Assembly: GCA_013239625.1 (NCBI GenBank)
Contig: MU054323.1
Span: 3,274,161-3,338,160 of the forward strand
Length of the DNA stretch: 64,000 nt
DNA from: Lama guanicoe
Lineage: Eukaryota
Direction of reading: 5' to 3'
This document shows, piece by piece, positions 22,736-34,999 of this stretch. Below the pieces are notes generated by a model. The model saw only the letters and a program-made list of their open reading frames with translations, was not told where the DNA came from and made no database searches. Position numbers and translations under genes: made by a program. Numbering within the stretch: position 1 is the stretch's first letter; each line of letters begins with the position of its first letter.

Positions 22736-25529
22736 ATAGTGCAGCTGGTATGATATTTTGATTTTTTTAGAAACAGTTCTTTTAGCTCCAAACAATGTTA
22801 TGCAATTATCTGTTTCCCTGTGTGTGGTCTTGTATTTTGAATTTTCATATTCTTGAAGAAAAAGCTTGTTTAAAAAATCAGCTATTTCCTCAGGAACAAG
22901 AGACAGTTAAGCTGAAGTGTTGTTATCTATGCTACCCGCCCCCAGAGCTGCTCTCCACCCCCCTGCACCCGCCCCCTCACCCCCACACACATGGCCACAG
23001 CTTGGGTGACATAGTTCAGCACATACAGTCCTTTACGAGTTAATTAACTTTGCAGTTTTCCCCCAAGAACAATAGTCATATTACAGTTGTGGGACTCAAG
23101 GGCCCTTTTTGGTGATGAAGGAAGGAAGGGAGGGAGGGAGGAAGGAAGGACCTGCCCTGGTGACTTGAAGCTGTCAACACCCCTCTCCCACTGTGAAACT
23201 GTTAAAGCCCTTGGGGGTCAGCCTCAGGGAGAACCCCTTATACACGTGCAACGTGCAGGTGTGTGACACTCACAAGCACTTGAGGCTTACAGTGTGGAAA
23301 CACTGTGTAGGGCTCCCTTGGCCTGTCCCCAGGCTCTGTCTGCTCTGCTCATGCTGAAATACACTCCCTCTGCCCTCTTCACCTCTTAAGAATCTCACAT
23401 GCTTCGAACGCATCTCCTTCTTATGTGATACGTCCCTCCCTTTTATACAGATCACTCCCTGTTGTTGGCCTGGGACCATTAAGATGACGGCAGGGCCTAG
23501 TCCTGAGCCAGTGGAAAGGATGCCACAAAAGGTGGACCAAAGCAATGGGGTATCATGGGGCCGACATCAGGAATGACTGCCGGGGAGAAACAACGTAAAA
23601 CAGACCTCTGGCAAGCAGAGGCTCTCGGGAGGGCGCCGCCAAAGTGAGGCAGGGCTGAGCGGGAGGGACAGCTGTGATGAATGAGAGCAGCTGCCCCCAA
23701 GGACACAGGGGTAGGAATGCAACTGTTTGCTTCCACACACAGTGATTTTTCTTTTCTTTTTTTTCCCTGAGGATAAGAATGGGGCAGAGAAGATGTTCAA
23801 GAAATATTCTGGAGTGAGGATGAATCAATGAATGGCTTTCCAGAGGCTGGGGGATTTCTAGGGGCCCCGAGTTGTGAGGAGTAATGGAATTCCTGGGTCC
23901 AGGCTGCAGAGGAAGCAGTAACATTAACAATGTTTAGCATAAACTTATTTATCACTGTGGCTGAGGCCAGGGCTGGTGAGGGAGCTGCTGGGCCCGACAC
24001 CCAGCAAAGGTTAGACCAGTGAGATTCAACATTGTCGTCCAAAGGAAAGGCATTACAGGACCCTCTGGATCTGATTTCTCTCTACATCAAATTTTCTGAG
24101 GCTTAAACATCAAATAACTGACAATATGGGCAATCTCAATTTTCTTCTGTATACTTTTCTGGATTTTAAATACGTTTTGCGTTGATCAGGGTGTTTCACC
24201 AGCCGGCTCCCTCCACCACACACGCACCCCCCTTTTCTCTCCTCTGCACTTCTGGCTTTCCTACAGTGTTTCACTGGTGTCCAGGGCCATTGTTCAAAAG
24301 TGCCTGGCCTTGGAGTGAGGCTGAAATTCAGCCTGAGCCCCATCTGTCAAGGCCTGCTTCAGAGCTGAGGAGAGGTGTCTTTTCACAGTTCATCTGCCCA
24401 GAGGCCTGTTTCCAATTCTAATTCTCTGGAAGGTACTGTGTGTGCTAGCCAAGGCCTGGCTGACATTACCTGGGAATCGAGTCTCGATGAAGGTACCTAG
24501 CGCTGTCAACATCACCCACCTGAGATGTGCTGTCGGATCCCAGTGGGCTTGGCCGCCTTTGCCAGGCCCCCTGCCTTCCCTGGAGGCATGGCCATCACCC
24601 CAGGACACCACCTTGGTGGTGAGTGTTCCTTGGTCTTTTGTCCACAGGCCTCACTGTGATCTCCCGCAGGCTTGGCATGGAGTCTCTCTTTGGTACTACT
24701 CTCAAAGGCGCCCCCTGCAAGACATTGGCACAATCTCTTCCATGGCCTTGGGCTTTTGTTGACAGTATCAGGCCTGCTTTGCAAAATTCCCTCATGCTCA
24801 TAACGAGGAGGAGAAAACACTGGGCGAACACACCACCTTTTCCTAGGCAATTTGCCTCCTCCTGTACCAACCTGCCTCAGGTTTGTGTAGGAGTGTCTCT
24901 GATTACAGAGGCCGAGGGACAGAGCTATGAGTGTGAATGTTGGGACTGGCCAATGAGTAGGGGGCGTTGTCCAGGGAACTTGTTGGCCAGTCCAGCAGGG
25001 GATGGAGGGGCACAAGGAGGTTGCAGTCAGCTACCCTTGAAGGCCAGGGTTTGGGTTTCCGGAGCTCCAGGGATCACCCCATGTGTGCTTGGCCCCGATG
25101 CCAAGAGCTGAGATTCAATAGGTCCAGTGGGGGCCAGATGCAGCCTACTGGGTCCCACAGGGGAGACTGATGAGGACCAGGATCAGTCAGGATCCCATGG
25201 GCTGGCTGGGGGCTAGGCAGCCTCAGGCACTGCTGCACAGACTATGGTGAGAGGCACAACCTCAATCAGTGCACCTGAGAAGTTGCTTCCTGCTTTGGTG
25301 GGGCGGGGGGCGGTCTGTGGAATCTTAGATGGATGAGGTTGGGTCTTAGACAGAGCTGACAGCTTCTGGATGGGAGCTATAATCAAGGCTAAAACATCAT
25401 AGGTATGTAGGGAGGGAGAAGGCAGTGGAAATAAGCTTGTGGCCAAAGCACAAAGAACACTAAATGCCTGACTGGGGAGGGGTGGGAAATGGGGCTGGGG
25501 GGGTGGTGTTTAACTTCAATTCAAAAAAA

Positions 25530-25594
25530 TTTTTTTAATGGAGGTACTGGGGATTGAACCCAGTGCTCTACCACTGAGCTATACCCACCCCCCC
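25530..25594 (-). mobile_element. Internally deleted Vic-1-type SINE
   Basis: aatggaggtactggggattgaacccag is joined directly to tgctctaccactgagctataccc; the anticodon-arm region is missing. Confidence 0.8.
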
Positions 25595-26079
25595 ACCTTC
25601 TGTTTGAATTTTTATCAGTTATATGCAATCAAGGTTTAAAGGCACTTATCCCCAGGCCCAGCTCTCACTTTTTCCTCCTTTCCAAGTTTTCAGCTCATTC
25701 TTTAAGTATTTACCATCATAGCTCTACATACTACACATATATTAATCCTATTTGATTTTCTAATGTTACATGTCATTCATTGAATCTTCACTATAAAAGA
25801 TGCTTTCACTCATCAACATTTGTTTTGCTTCATTTAGGTTTCTAAGGACTCATCACTAATTCAACTCCAGAGTTTGTGTCAAGTATATAAATCTCCATTC
25901 AAGATGTTCAGAAGCCTGCAGTGACCTTCCAATGTCATCTGCTTGGGAAGTCCCTGCTCCTCTCTGGATGATTCCCCTGGCGGCCTGTGCACAGCCATCA
26001 CTGGGAGATTCCTGTCATTTCTCTCCTGGGGTCACTGCTCCCTTGCCTTCCTCTTTCTTGTTTTACCCCCATATTTGGG

Positions 26080-26500
26080 TCATATCCCCCAGTACCTTCC
26101 TAGAAAAGGTACATTAGAGATTAGAATTAAATTTATTGACCCTTGAATAGCTGAAAAATTCATTCTGCCCTTGCACTTGATTGTTTGCTGGATAAGGAAA
26201 TCTAGATTAAAAATATTTTTTCCTTTAGAATCTTGAAAATCTTGAAAATATTGCTCCATTGTCTTAAAAAAAAGATTGCTATTGAGAAATAGGAAATCAT
26301 TTTGATCTCTGCTTCTTTTGTCTGCAACATGATTTTTCTTTTAAATCCTTATTTTTTCCCTAGTGTTTTGAAATTTCACAATGATCTGCTTTGCTGTGGG
26401 TATCTTTTCATTCACTTTGCTAGAATGGTCCCTTTCAGTGTGGAAACTTGCCCCTCAGCACTGGGAAATTTTCTTGAAATATTTCATTGATGATTTCCTC
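26080..26500 (-). mobile_element. Ancient L1M fragment
   Basis: atattgctccattgtctt...ttttgaaatttcacaatgat...ctgggaaattttcttgaaatatttcattgatgatttcctc. Confidence 0.6.
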
Positions 26501-26797
26501 TGACAGTAGGGTTTATTTATTTATCTTTTTACACCCTCTGAATGTAGATGGAAATACCATTTTCCCCATAATGTGACCAGATCTTATGGTCCTAGAATAT
26601 AACCAGGGAAGTAAGTCCTGGGAGAAAAATAAGCAAAGAAATCCCATTACGTCTGTCTGGAGTGGAAGTCAAGGCATCCACTGACTTTGGAAAGGGAGTT
26701 CTGTGGTCCTGAGGTCCTTTATGGCAACCTGGTGCCTGGGAGCATGGGAGTCCCACCTTGGCAGACAAAAGTGGGCAACCCATCCAAGATAACACCT

Positions 26798-27158
26798 TGT
26801 CTTAGTGTGTTCTGGCTGCTATAACAAAATACCATCAGCAGGGTGGCTTAAAAACAACATTTATTTCTCACAGTTCTGGGGGCTGAAATTCCCAAATCAC
26901 ACAGTGCTGCTGGGTTCTGGTGAGAGCCTTCTTCTGGGTTGCAAACTGCTGCCTTCTCCCTGCGTCCTCACATGGTGGAAGAGGCCAGAGAGCTCGCTGA
27001 GGTTCCTTTAATAAGAGCATTAGTTCCATTTATGAGGCCTCCGCTGTCATGACCTAAGCACCTCCCAGATGCCCACCTCCTAATACCATCACCCAGGGGG
27101 GTAGGACCTCAACCTCTGCATCTCAGGGGAAACACACAGATATTCAGATCATAGTACA
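26798..27158 (-). mobile_element. MLT1A-like solo LTR
   Basis: tgtcttagtgtgttctggctgctataacaaaatacc...attcagatcatagtaca; flanks cacct/tgcca fit a CpG-decayed 5-bp TSD. Confidence 0.9.
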
Positions 27159-28534
27159 TGCCATCCATCAGTCCCTGGCATCTTACTCTGCTTAATTCTA
27201 TTTGCCACCTGGTAGGTGCTCAATGCCTGTTAGATGGAGCTAAACTGGAATATCTGGGCTGCAGTTTCTCCATCTTTAAAATGAGGGAGTTGGACTAGAA
27301 TTCTCAGGGTCCTACTAACTCTAACGTACCATAACTCTGCTTATGTCCCAGGGTTGTCCCCATAAGTGAGGACAAAATAAATGTGTTTGTCTGCTTACAT
27401 TTAGTGAATTATTTAGCATGATGTTTATGGGAGCATGTGTTCATCAGCTGGAGCCACAAAGCCTGCACCACCTTCACGAGCAGAGCAAACCCAGAGAGGC
27501 TGGAGCCTGTGAGAAAAAGGACCTCCATCTCCAAGAACATATGACTCCTTCCCCTCCAGACACCCTGGAAATGGTCCCAGGCTATTCCTGCCTGAACTCC
27601 CCTTCTCGCATCTAATCAGTTGCCAGGCCTCCTCCATTCTGCTTCTGAGGTTTCTCACTCTCCCGCCCCCTGCCCTCTGTCCCTGGCACCTCCCTAGGAT
27701 GGCTTCTCAGGCACCAGAGTCTGCCTTTTCCCTACTAAACACCTGCCGTTGCTCACCACCCACACCACAAAGTGAGAGAGATAAGAGAATTGCATAAATA
27801 CCCACGCTTTCACATTAGAATCTTAAGGTTGACGATGCCCATTGCATTGTTGTGCCATCTGATTATCAAAACAGCCCTCTGAGCCCGAGAGGAGGAGCCC
27901 TTTGAAAAGTGCAAACCTGTGGCCCAGGGCACTCAAGAAGACATGTCTGGAAGCCAGATCTCCGACCCCAGCCTGTCCTCTTCCTGGTGCTGCTTCCCTC
28001 CAAAGACTAGGTGAAATTTGCTGCTATGAACCTGTCTCAGGTGTGGGTAACCACAGGAACAGAACAGAAACAAAACCCAAGAAAAACAGCCTGTGACATC
28101 ACAAAGCATCAGATATCACCTTGCCTGGGTGGCCCACCATAGCACTGTGGCTTCTCTGGGGCTCCAGGCAGTAAAGTGTCCTTCCATCCTTACCGGGACT
28201 CCACGGGAGGCTGGTGTTTCAGCAGCCACTGCTGGAGGCACAAAATCAGATGCATGATGTTGTGCCTTCCTGACTGGTAAGCCCAGTACCCAGCGCTGCA
28301 TAAAATCTGCTGGTTGGTAAGGGTGCCCTCACGTGTTACTACAGTGTAATGTCAACCTGGTCTTCGCAGCAGCAACACAGTTCTCGGCATTTCTCTCCTC
28401 CCTGCTTTGTCTCCTTCCCAGCTTGCCACTCAGACCACTTTATGTGCTCAGAGACGAAACACAGGCTTTGGCTGATTGCAGCAGCAGCATCTGGGTTTCT
28501 GAGTGTGACTCTTACAGCCAGTCTGAATGATTTG

Positions 28535-29010
28535 TCCCTTTACATTCTACACATATTTACAGTCTTAAAAATGACTGAGGATCCCAGTATGTTTATGTGG
28601 GTTATATTTATTGATTTATACTGTATGAGAAACTAAAACTCAGAATTTAAAATTATTTATTTAGTAATTCATTTAAAGTAGCAATAACAAACCCATATTA
28701 ACAATATTTTAATGAAAAATAACTGGGCTTTTGAAAACAAACAAAAGAAGACTGAAAAGCGTGGCATTGCTTTACACTTTTGCAAATCTCTCAAATGCCT
28801 GGCTTAGTAGAAAATAGCTAGATTCTTTTATTTGCTTCTGCATTCAATCTCCAGTCATCTCACAGTGATATAGTCTCCCCTGTACACTCGTGAGACAGTG
28901 AGTGAAAAGGGCAACCAACATCTTAGTACTATTATGAAAAGACTTTTGGCCTCCACACTCCCTGAAAGGGTTTGGGAAACCCCTAAGGGGCCGCAGACCA
29001 TTTCAGGAAG
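28535..29010 (+). mobile_element. hAT-Charlie (MER33/Charlie1-like) element
   Basis: tttatgtgggttatatttattgat...gtggcattgctttacacttttgcaaatctc...gcttctgcattcaatct. A related terminal fragment lies inverted at about 30693-30765. Confidence 0.8.
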
Positions 29011-29454
29011 TCCCGAATTAAGAATATGGTCACATGAGCCACAGGCCTAGGAATGGGTCTGGAATCTAAAAAAAAGGTTAATGACTATGACGTTCACGTT
29101 CCCTAAGCTTTGCTGACCAAAGAAACTTGGTTGCACTGAGATGGGCAAGGTTCATGCCCCTGCGATGTTCTGGACAGTCTGCTCTCTGGATCCCTGAGCT
29201 GCCTGCTCAAGTCCTTCCACCCTAATCTTCTTCAGGATTTCATCACTCTTTTCACATGGTTGGCAGTGGTTTGCAATGCCTTCCCCCTCAGAGAAATCTC
29301 TTCTGATGGGGATTTCGGACAAGGGGGACATTGTAAGGCAAGAGATTTGGGGTGTGTTCACTGCAGTCTTTGCCCCCTGAGACTGGCCCCGTGACAATGC
29401 CATTTGAGATTTCTGGGTGTTCAGTAGTGATACCCTGAGCCTTGGCAAATGAGG

Positions 29455-29625
29455 TTCTGGAGTCTGGCTAGTGTGGTTCTGAGACAGCCACTTACTAACT
29501 GGGTGACCTTGAGGAGGTCTCTTTGACCTTCTCAACTGTAGTTTTTCCATCTGTAAAATAGAAACCTACCTCTCCAGTGGTGGTAAGACTTACAGACAAT
29601 ATATGCAAAGTACTGAGGTCTTGGC
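29455..29625 (+). mobile_element. MIR SINE
   Basis: Core ccacttactaactgggtgaccttgag...ccatctgtaaaatag. Confidence 0.8.
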
Positions 29626-29699
29626 CAGAGAGAGAATCAGTAGCCCTAAACCACAGCTGTACCATTTCCTAAGTGTGCATGACCTGGGCGAGTTCCTTT

Positions 29700-30310
29700 C
29701 AGGAGGACTTGACCTTCCAAATGTTTCCAGTCTCTGACCACTTCTCACATCTGTTCTGTTATCACCCTTGGCCCAGCCATCATCATCCTTTGTCTGACTT
29801 AATGCAGGAGCCTCCTAACCCATCTCTCTTCTTCCCCCCAGCCCTCCAGCCCTGGTCTACTCTCCAGTGATGAGAATTAAGTTCTAAGTCAGGTTATGTG
29901 ATGGCTCTGCTTAAAACCCTCTAATGGCTTCCCCTCTCAGAACAAAACTCAAGTCCTTACAGTGGTCTTCAAGGCCCTATAGGACTTGTCCTGTCCCCTC
30001 TCTGAGCTCAGCTCCTACCTCTCACCACTGCATGTCCCAGCCACACTGGTTGCTTCCTGTTTCTTCAACATGCCAGACATCCTCTGACCTCAGGACCTTT
30101 GCACTTATTTCTCTCTGCCAAGAATCTCTTCTCCAAATATCACATGACTTATTTTTCATTTCCTTGAGGCCCTTGTTGAAAAGTCCCCTTTTAGAGAGAA
30201 TTTCCCTGGACACCCTATTTAATATAACACTCCATCCGTCAGTCCTTGGCATCTTACTCTGCTTGATTTTACTTGCTATGTGGTAGGTGCTCGATGCTTG
30301 CTGAATTGGG
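29700..30310 (+). mobile_element. LINE-2 3' region
   Basis: ctctgcttaaaaccctctaatggcttccc...ctcaggacctttgcactt...gtaggtgctcgatgcttgctgaat. Confidence 0.8.
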
Positions 30311-31539
30311 TTGAATCCAATTAGCTGGACTGTAACTTCTCCATCTTTAAAATGAGAGGTTTGGACTAGAATTCTCAGGGTCCTACTAGCTCTAAGGTCC
30401 CATAACTCTGTTTATGTCCCTGTACTGGGAAATGATTTGTAAATGAGAACAAGACTGTACCTACAAGTATGTTTTTTTGTTACATTGAATGAATCCTTTA
30501 ACAAATGACCAAGAATCCTGTTACAGTCTGCTGATTCAGCAGACATCCAAGGATGACCCTTGCCTGTCTCAATGCAGATCTTTGGATAAACAAAGAAAAG
30601 GGAAACTGAACTCCATAGATAGATTTTTTTTTTAATGTTAAGTTTCCAGATCAGTATCCAGGTATGTGGCTCACATGACCATATTCTTAATTCAGCAGTT
30701 CTCAAAGTGGTCTGAGACATCTTGGGGGCTCCCAAGCCCCTTTCAGGGAGCCCTGAGGTCAAAACAGAGGACCTGATAGCAACCCACTTCCTTTCTGGAC
30801 TCCTGGCTTTTCTCCCCCATTGGAGCAGCCAGTGATCTTTGTCCAGTGCCACCTGGCCTCCTCCCTTCTCGGCACTTTTCCCACATTTCCACAGGTGCAT
30901 TCTCAGGGCAGGTGGACAGAACCGTGTCTCCATTCCTGGGGGCACATCCTGAAGCAGCCCACCCCAGCTCAAAGGCAGTGGAAGTCTCATGTTTCTCCTT
31001 TAAGTGCATGGGGATTTCGCATTATAGTTTCCATAGGATAACCATTTTTCAACATTTAAATTTATGTATTCAATTATGTTACTTTCAAGAAAACCCAAGA
31101 AAGGCAAGTCCCATTTATCATGTGATTTCTGGATTTCCTTGCATATCATGAAATGTCTCTGGAAGCAGGGGTGCCACCTCTACTTCGTTTGAGAAACAAC
31201 AAGCTCCAGGAAAAGTCCCCGCTCCTCAGTGAGGCGCTGGAGGGCCTCCCCGACCCTGCCCCGCCAGTGGTCCTGCTACGGACATTGGGACCTCGCCCCT
31301 TCAACCTTTGACCCATTCTTGTTCTTCTTCCCCCCTGGAAGTCTCCTGTGCCCTGAGATGGGTCCTCCTGGGTCTCTGGTGTCATTCCCTCCTGAACACG
31401 CCTCTCCTGCCCCTGCCTCTATTTGGTATCAGTCACTCCAGGTCCATTCTGTCTTTTCGCTCTGAATTTGACGCAGGGCATGCTGCGGGAAGGAAGCTGA
31501 CTCCTTGTACCTGGTGATGTTCTGTGACGATCAACCCTA

Positions 31540-31775
31540 CGGAGTGGAGAGGTCGGTGGCCTGGGACGCAGCGGGGCCTGGCGGGGCCGGTGAGGGGCTC
31601 GCTGCCCGTCGCCCCGCACCCGCAGTTCCCGCTCCAGCCGCATGGTGGGGCGCGCTGGGCGGGAACGCGCGACCCGCGCTGCCTCTGCACCCCGGCCCTC
31701 GGGATGCTCCGCGCTCTCCTGCTGACTCTGGGCGCCTCCCTCTGGGAAGGGCCGGCTTGGACCAGCAGGATACCG
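31540..31775. promoter_or_regulatory. Small CpG island with GC boxes
   Basis: 28 CpGs counted in about 236 bp in an otherwise CpG-depleted window; GGGCGGG at 31657; possible donor ccg|GTGAGG at 31590. Confidence 0.7.
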
Positions 31776-32565
31776 GGAGGAGGCAGAGCCTCTGAGATGG
31801 GGGGTCCTCCCTGGGTGGTACCCAGCTGGTGACGGGCAGGTTGACTAAGAGTCCTCACATCTTGTGGTTCCTTTCTGGAAAGCAGAGGCCTCTGTACGTT
31901 TCCAGTGACAATTGCCATCAGTAGCCTCTTCATGTCATCTTGGGCCTGAAAGCTGCAGGGCGTGTGCTTTGCCACTTGGCAGCTATTTGACCCCAGAAGA
32001 GCAGCTGCCCTGGTCTAGGCCTGGGTGGCCTCATCTGAAGAAACTAGAGATGCTACTGAGGGGACTTAATAGAAGATGAAGGTAGGATTTTTAGGGTGAA
32101 ATGTGGGCATACAGGCGCCCCTGCTCCACTCCTGGGCTCTCTAGGACAAGGGCCAGAACTCCACAGTGACCTTGCCTTTGCCAGAACCCCCGCAGGGGCC
32201 ACCACCCTGCAGGTGTTGTGCGTCGTCCCCTAGGACCTCAGAGCACTGTGGGCCGGGAGCCAGGCAGGCTGAGCAAAGCCAGGCATATATGGTGCCCTGA
32301 TGATCTGAGTTTCAACCATGTCCGGGGAAGCACAAGGAACCTCCTGCAACTTTTCCCGAGCCTTCCTTGGGATTTTTGAGCACTGCAATTTCCCAGGTCA
32401 TCTCTGCCCTGTAACCAGCTTGCTTTGTTGGTGGAGGGGGCTAAGGAGGGGGGAGGAGGACTGGCTTCTCAGCTCTCCTTGCACATGTGCAGGTGTGTAC
32501 CCTACTGCCTACAGACTGGAAAAGAAGGAAACTTTCCTTTGCTGCGTGGTGCTTGAGGTGTGTGA

Positions 32566-32593
32566 GGGAGGGAGGGAGGGAGGGAGGGAGGGA
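32566..32593 (+). repeat. (GGGA)7, potential G-quadruplex
   Basis: Seven GGG runs with 1-nt loops. Confidence 0.9.
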
Positions 32594-33524
32594 GTGTGTG
32601 TTCTCAGTTAATATTGCTTGAAACTGGTTTCGAGGTGATTGAATGAGAGGCTTCCTGTTTACATTCCACTTTGATAATTGCCATTACAACAGGCTGGAGT
32701 GACTCGGAGCTCCAGCCAGAACCTTGGAGAACCTGGGTGCCTGCAGGCTCCCCTGGCTTTGAGCTAGCGCTGCCTGAGCTCAGCCTGGGATGCAGGGGCA
32801 GCTCCAGCACTCCTCCCCCATTGGGCGGCGACGTCTCAGTCCCGCCTCCTTACCTCCCATGCTGCCTTCACACTTGGCTTCTCAAGCCTGGACTTTGATT
32901 TCCTGTCTCTGCCCAGATGCCTTCTGCTTGCTGTTAGTTTCCTGGTTTTCTGCCACCCCATGCCTAGCCCCAAATCTCCCAGAAAGCGGCCCTGAGTTCT
33001 CCATCAGCCAATCCTGAGGGGATCCAAGCATGCTTCCCAACCTATCCACCCCTCATTTCTCTCCAGGAACCCAGCGTAAGTGTTGCCTGCCCTGCAGATC
33101 TGCCAGCATTTTTTGGAACCTGAGCATTGCTCCGTATTAGCTGTCCCTCCAGCCTGTGTCACTGCCGGCCTCCTCACAGCCTTCCCTGAAACTCCCAGAA
33201 GCCTTCCCTTCCGGCTGCCCTTTGCACTAACATACTGGCCACATGGGGCCACTGCCAGCCAGCCTCTACCTCCGGCCTTCCTGTGTGTTCCCTAACTGTT
33301 TCTGTGTGTGGATCTTGCCTGCTCAGCCAGACTGAGAGCTCTTGGAAGTCAGGCCATGGCTCTGTCTGCCCCAGCATGCCCCACTGAGTGCCTGGCTGGG
33401 TGCTGGGCACAGAGGGGAACTCAGAAGGTGCTTGCCAAGTGTAGCCTTAGGAGGCTGGATAAAGGTTTGGAGGTGAGGCATGGATTGAGGCTGTGGGACT
33501 GTAAGTGCAGTGGTGAAGTTTTTG

Positions 33525-34581
33525 TAAATGACAGCAAACGCTGATTACAGGAAGGAAGTGAAACAGTTCAATGTAAAAATAATAATAATAATTTAAAAAT
33601 TAAAGAGCTAAATAAAGAGGATCATTGACAGGTCACCAGCTACAGCAACACCTCCCCCACCTGGAGCTGTTGATATAATTGAAGGAAGCATCCAGGGTCT
33701 CTGAGCAGTCAAAACCGATGTCATAAACTGTGCATTGATGCTTATGCACTTTACACCCAGTTGAACCCTTTGGTGCTATGTACTCAGGAATCCCTGCTTT
33801 TATGAACATTTCTGACAAATGTGGGCATCTGGTTTGTAAATCACAACAGATTAGGAGCACAAATCAAAGTGTCATTAAACTGCTTTGGGCTGACATTCTG
33901 ACAGCAGGGGAGGTGACAGCTGACAGCCGCAGTAGTAGTAAGGGATGAGACTGGTGATCTCTCAGCGGGACTCTGCAAGCCCAGCAGCCCGGGGCCATCC
34001 GGCAGGGGCGCAGAGCCACACCCAGACCAGCCGTGCCCTCTAAGCCCAGCGTCACTGTGCAGCTCAACCTGGACACGGAGGTTCATAATGATTAACCTTG
34101 AGTCACGAAGAAAAGTTAACTGATATTCAAATGACCCTGTTTAAGAAGTTGAGGAAGCACCTTATTCATTTTAAGTTAGTTAGTTTCCCTCCAAAACAGA
34201 ACTTATTTTAGGAGGCTTAAAAGAAGACTTTGTTAAATAGAAAACCGAGCAGTAGCTTCCATGTCTGATTTCCTAAGTCCTTTGTACACGTGCTCCCATT
34301 TGGGAGCTGCACAATTTATCACCGCTTTAGAGATGAGGGAAAGTGACTCACTGAGGGTCCCAGGGTCTAAGTAAAAATGCCAGGATCAATGTCGTGTCCT
34401 TGACACGTCCACCAGCTCCACTTCTTCCCGTCTCTCCAGGATGACTCAGCCCCCCGAGGGCTCCAGATGGATGTTACTGTCCTCATATTGAAAATGTTCT
34501 CTTCCTCAGCTGTCTCCTTCCCTCCTGGTCTGTTGCTAATCCCCCCTACCCCAGCAGCCCAGGGCCACTGGGCATGACTCA
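33525..34581. promoter_or_regulatory. Candidate enhancer (TALE/HOX/TCF motifs followed by an AP-1 cluster)
   Basis: Multiple TGACAG, GTCATAAA and ATCAAAG motifs; four perfect TGASTCA in 483 bp. Confidence 0.4.
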
Positions 34582-34751
34582 CCCACACTGCATCCCTTCC
34601 ACTAGCATATCTCAGCACTGGGCATCTCACCATTAATATCACTTTGGTTTAAGGCCTGGAGCTCTTCAGATCAGATTGGTTCCTCAGGAAGAGAATAGGC
34701 TGGACATATGCCATCAGCTCCTCTAACTCAGAGTTAACCATTTACCAAGAG

Positions 34752-34999
34752 ACAGTATGACTTAGTGGGCTCTAGGGTCAAACTTCCTGGGTTCAAATTC
34801 CAGCTCTGATACCTACTAGCTGTGTGGTCTTGGGAAAGTTACTTAATCTCTCTGTGCCTTGGTTTTCCCTATCTGTAAAATGCAGATAATAGCAATACTT
34901 AACTCACAGCGTTGTTGTGACTATCAAGAAAGTACATGCAAAATGCTTAAAATTGTGCCTGGGACTGAGCAAGCATTTGACAAATATCGGTTGTTATTG
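34752..34999 (+). mobile_element. Near full-length MIR
   Basis: acagtatg...cctgggttcaaattccagctctg...tagctgtgtggtcttgggaaagttacttaatctctctgtgcc...ctgtaaaatg. Confidence 0.9.
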
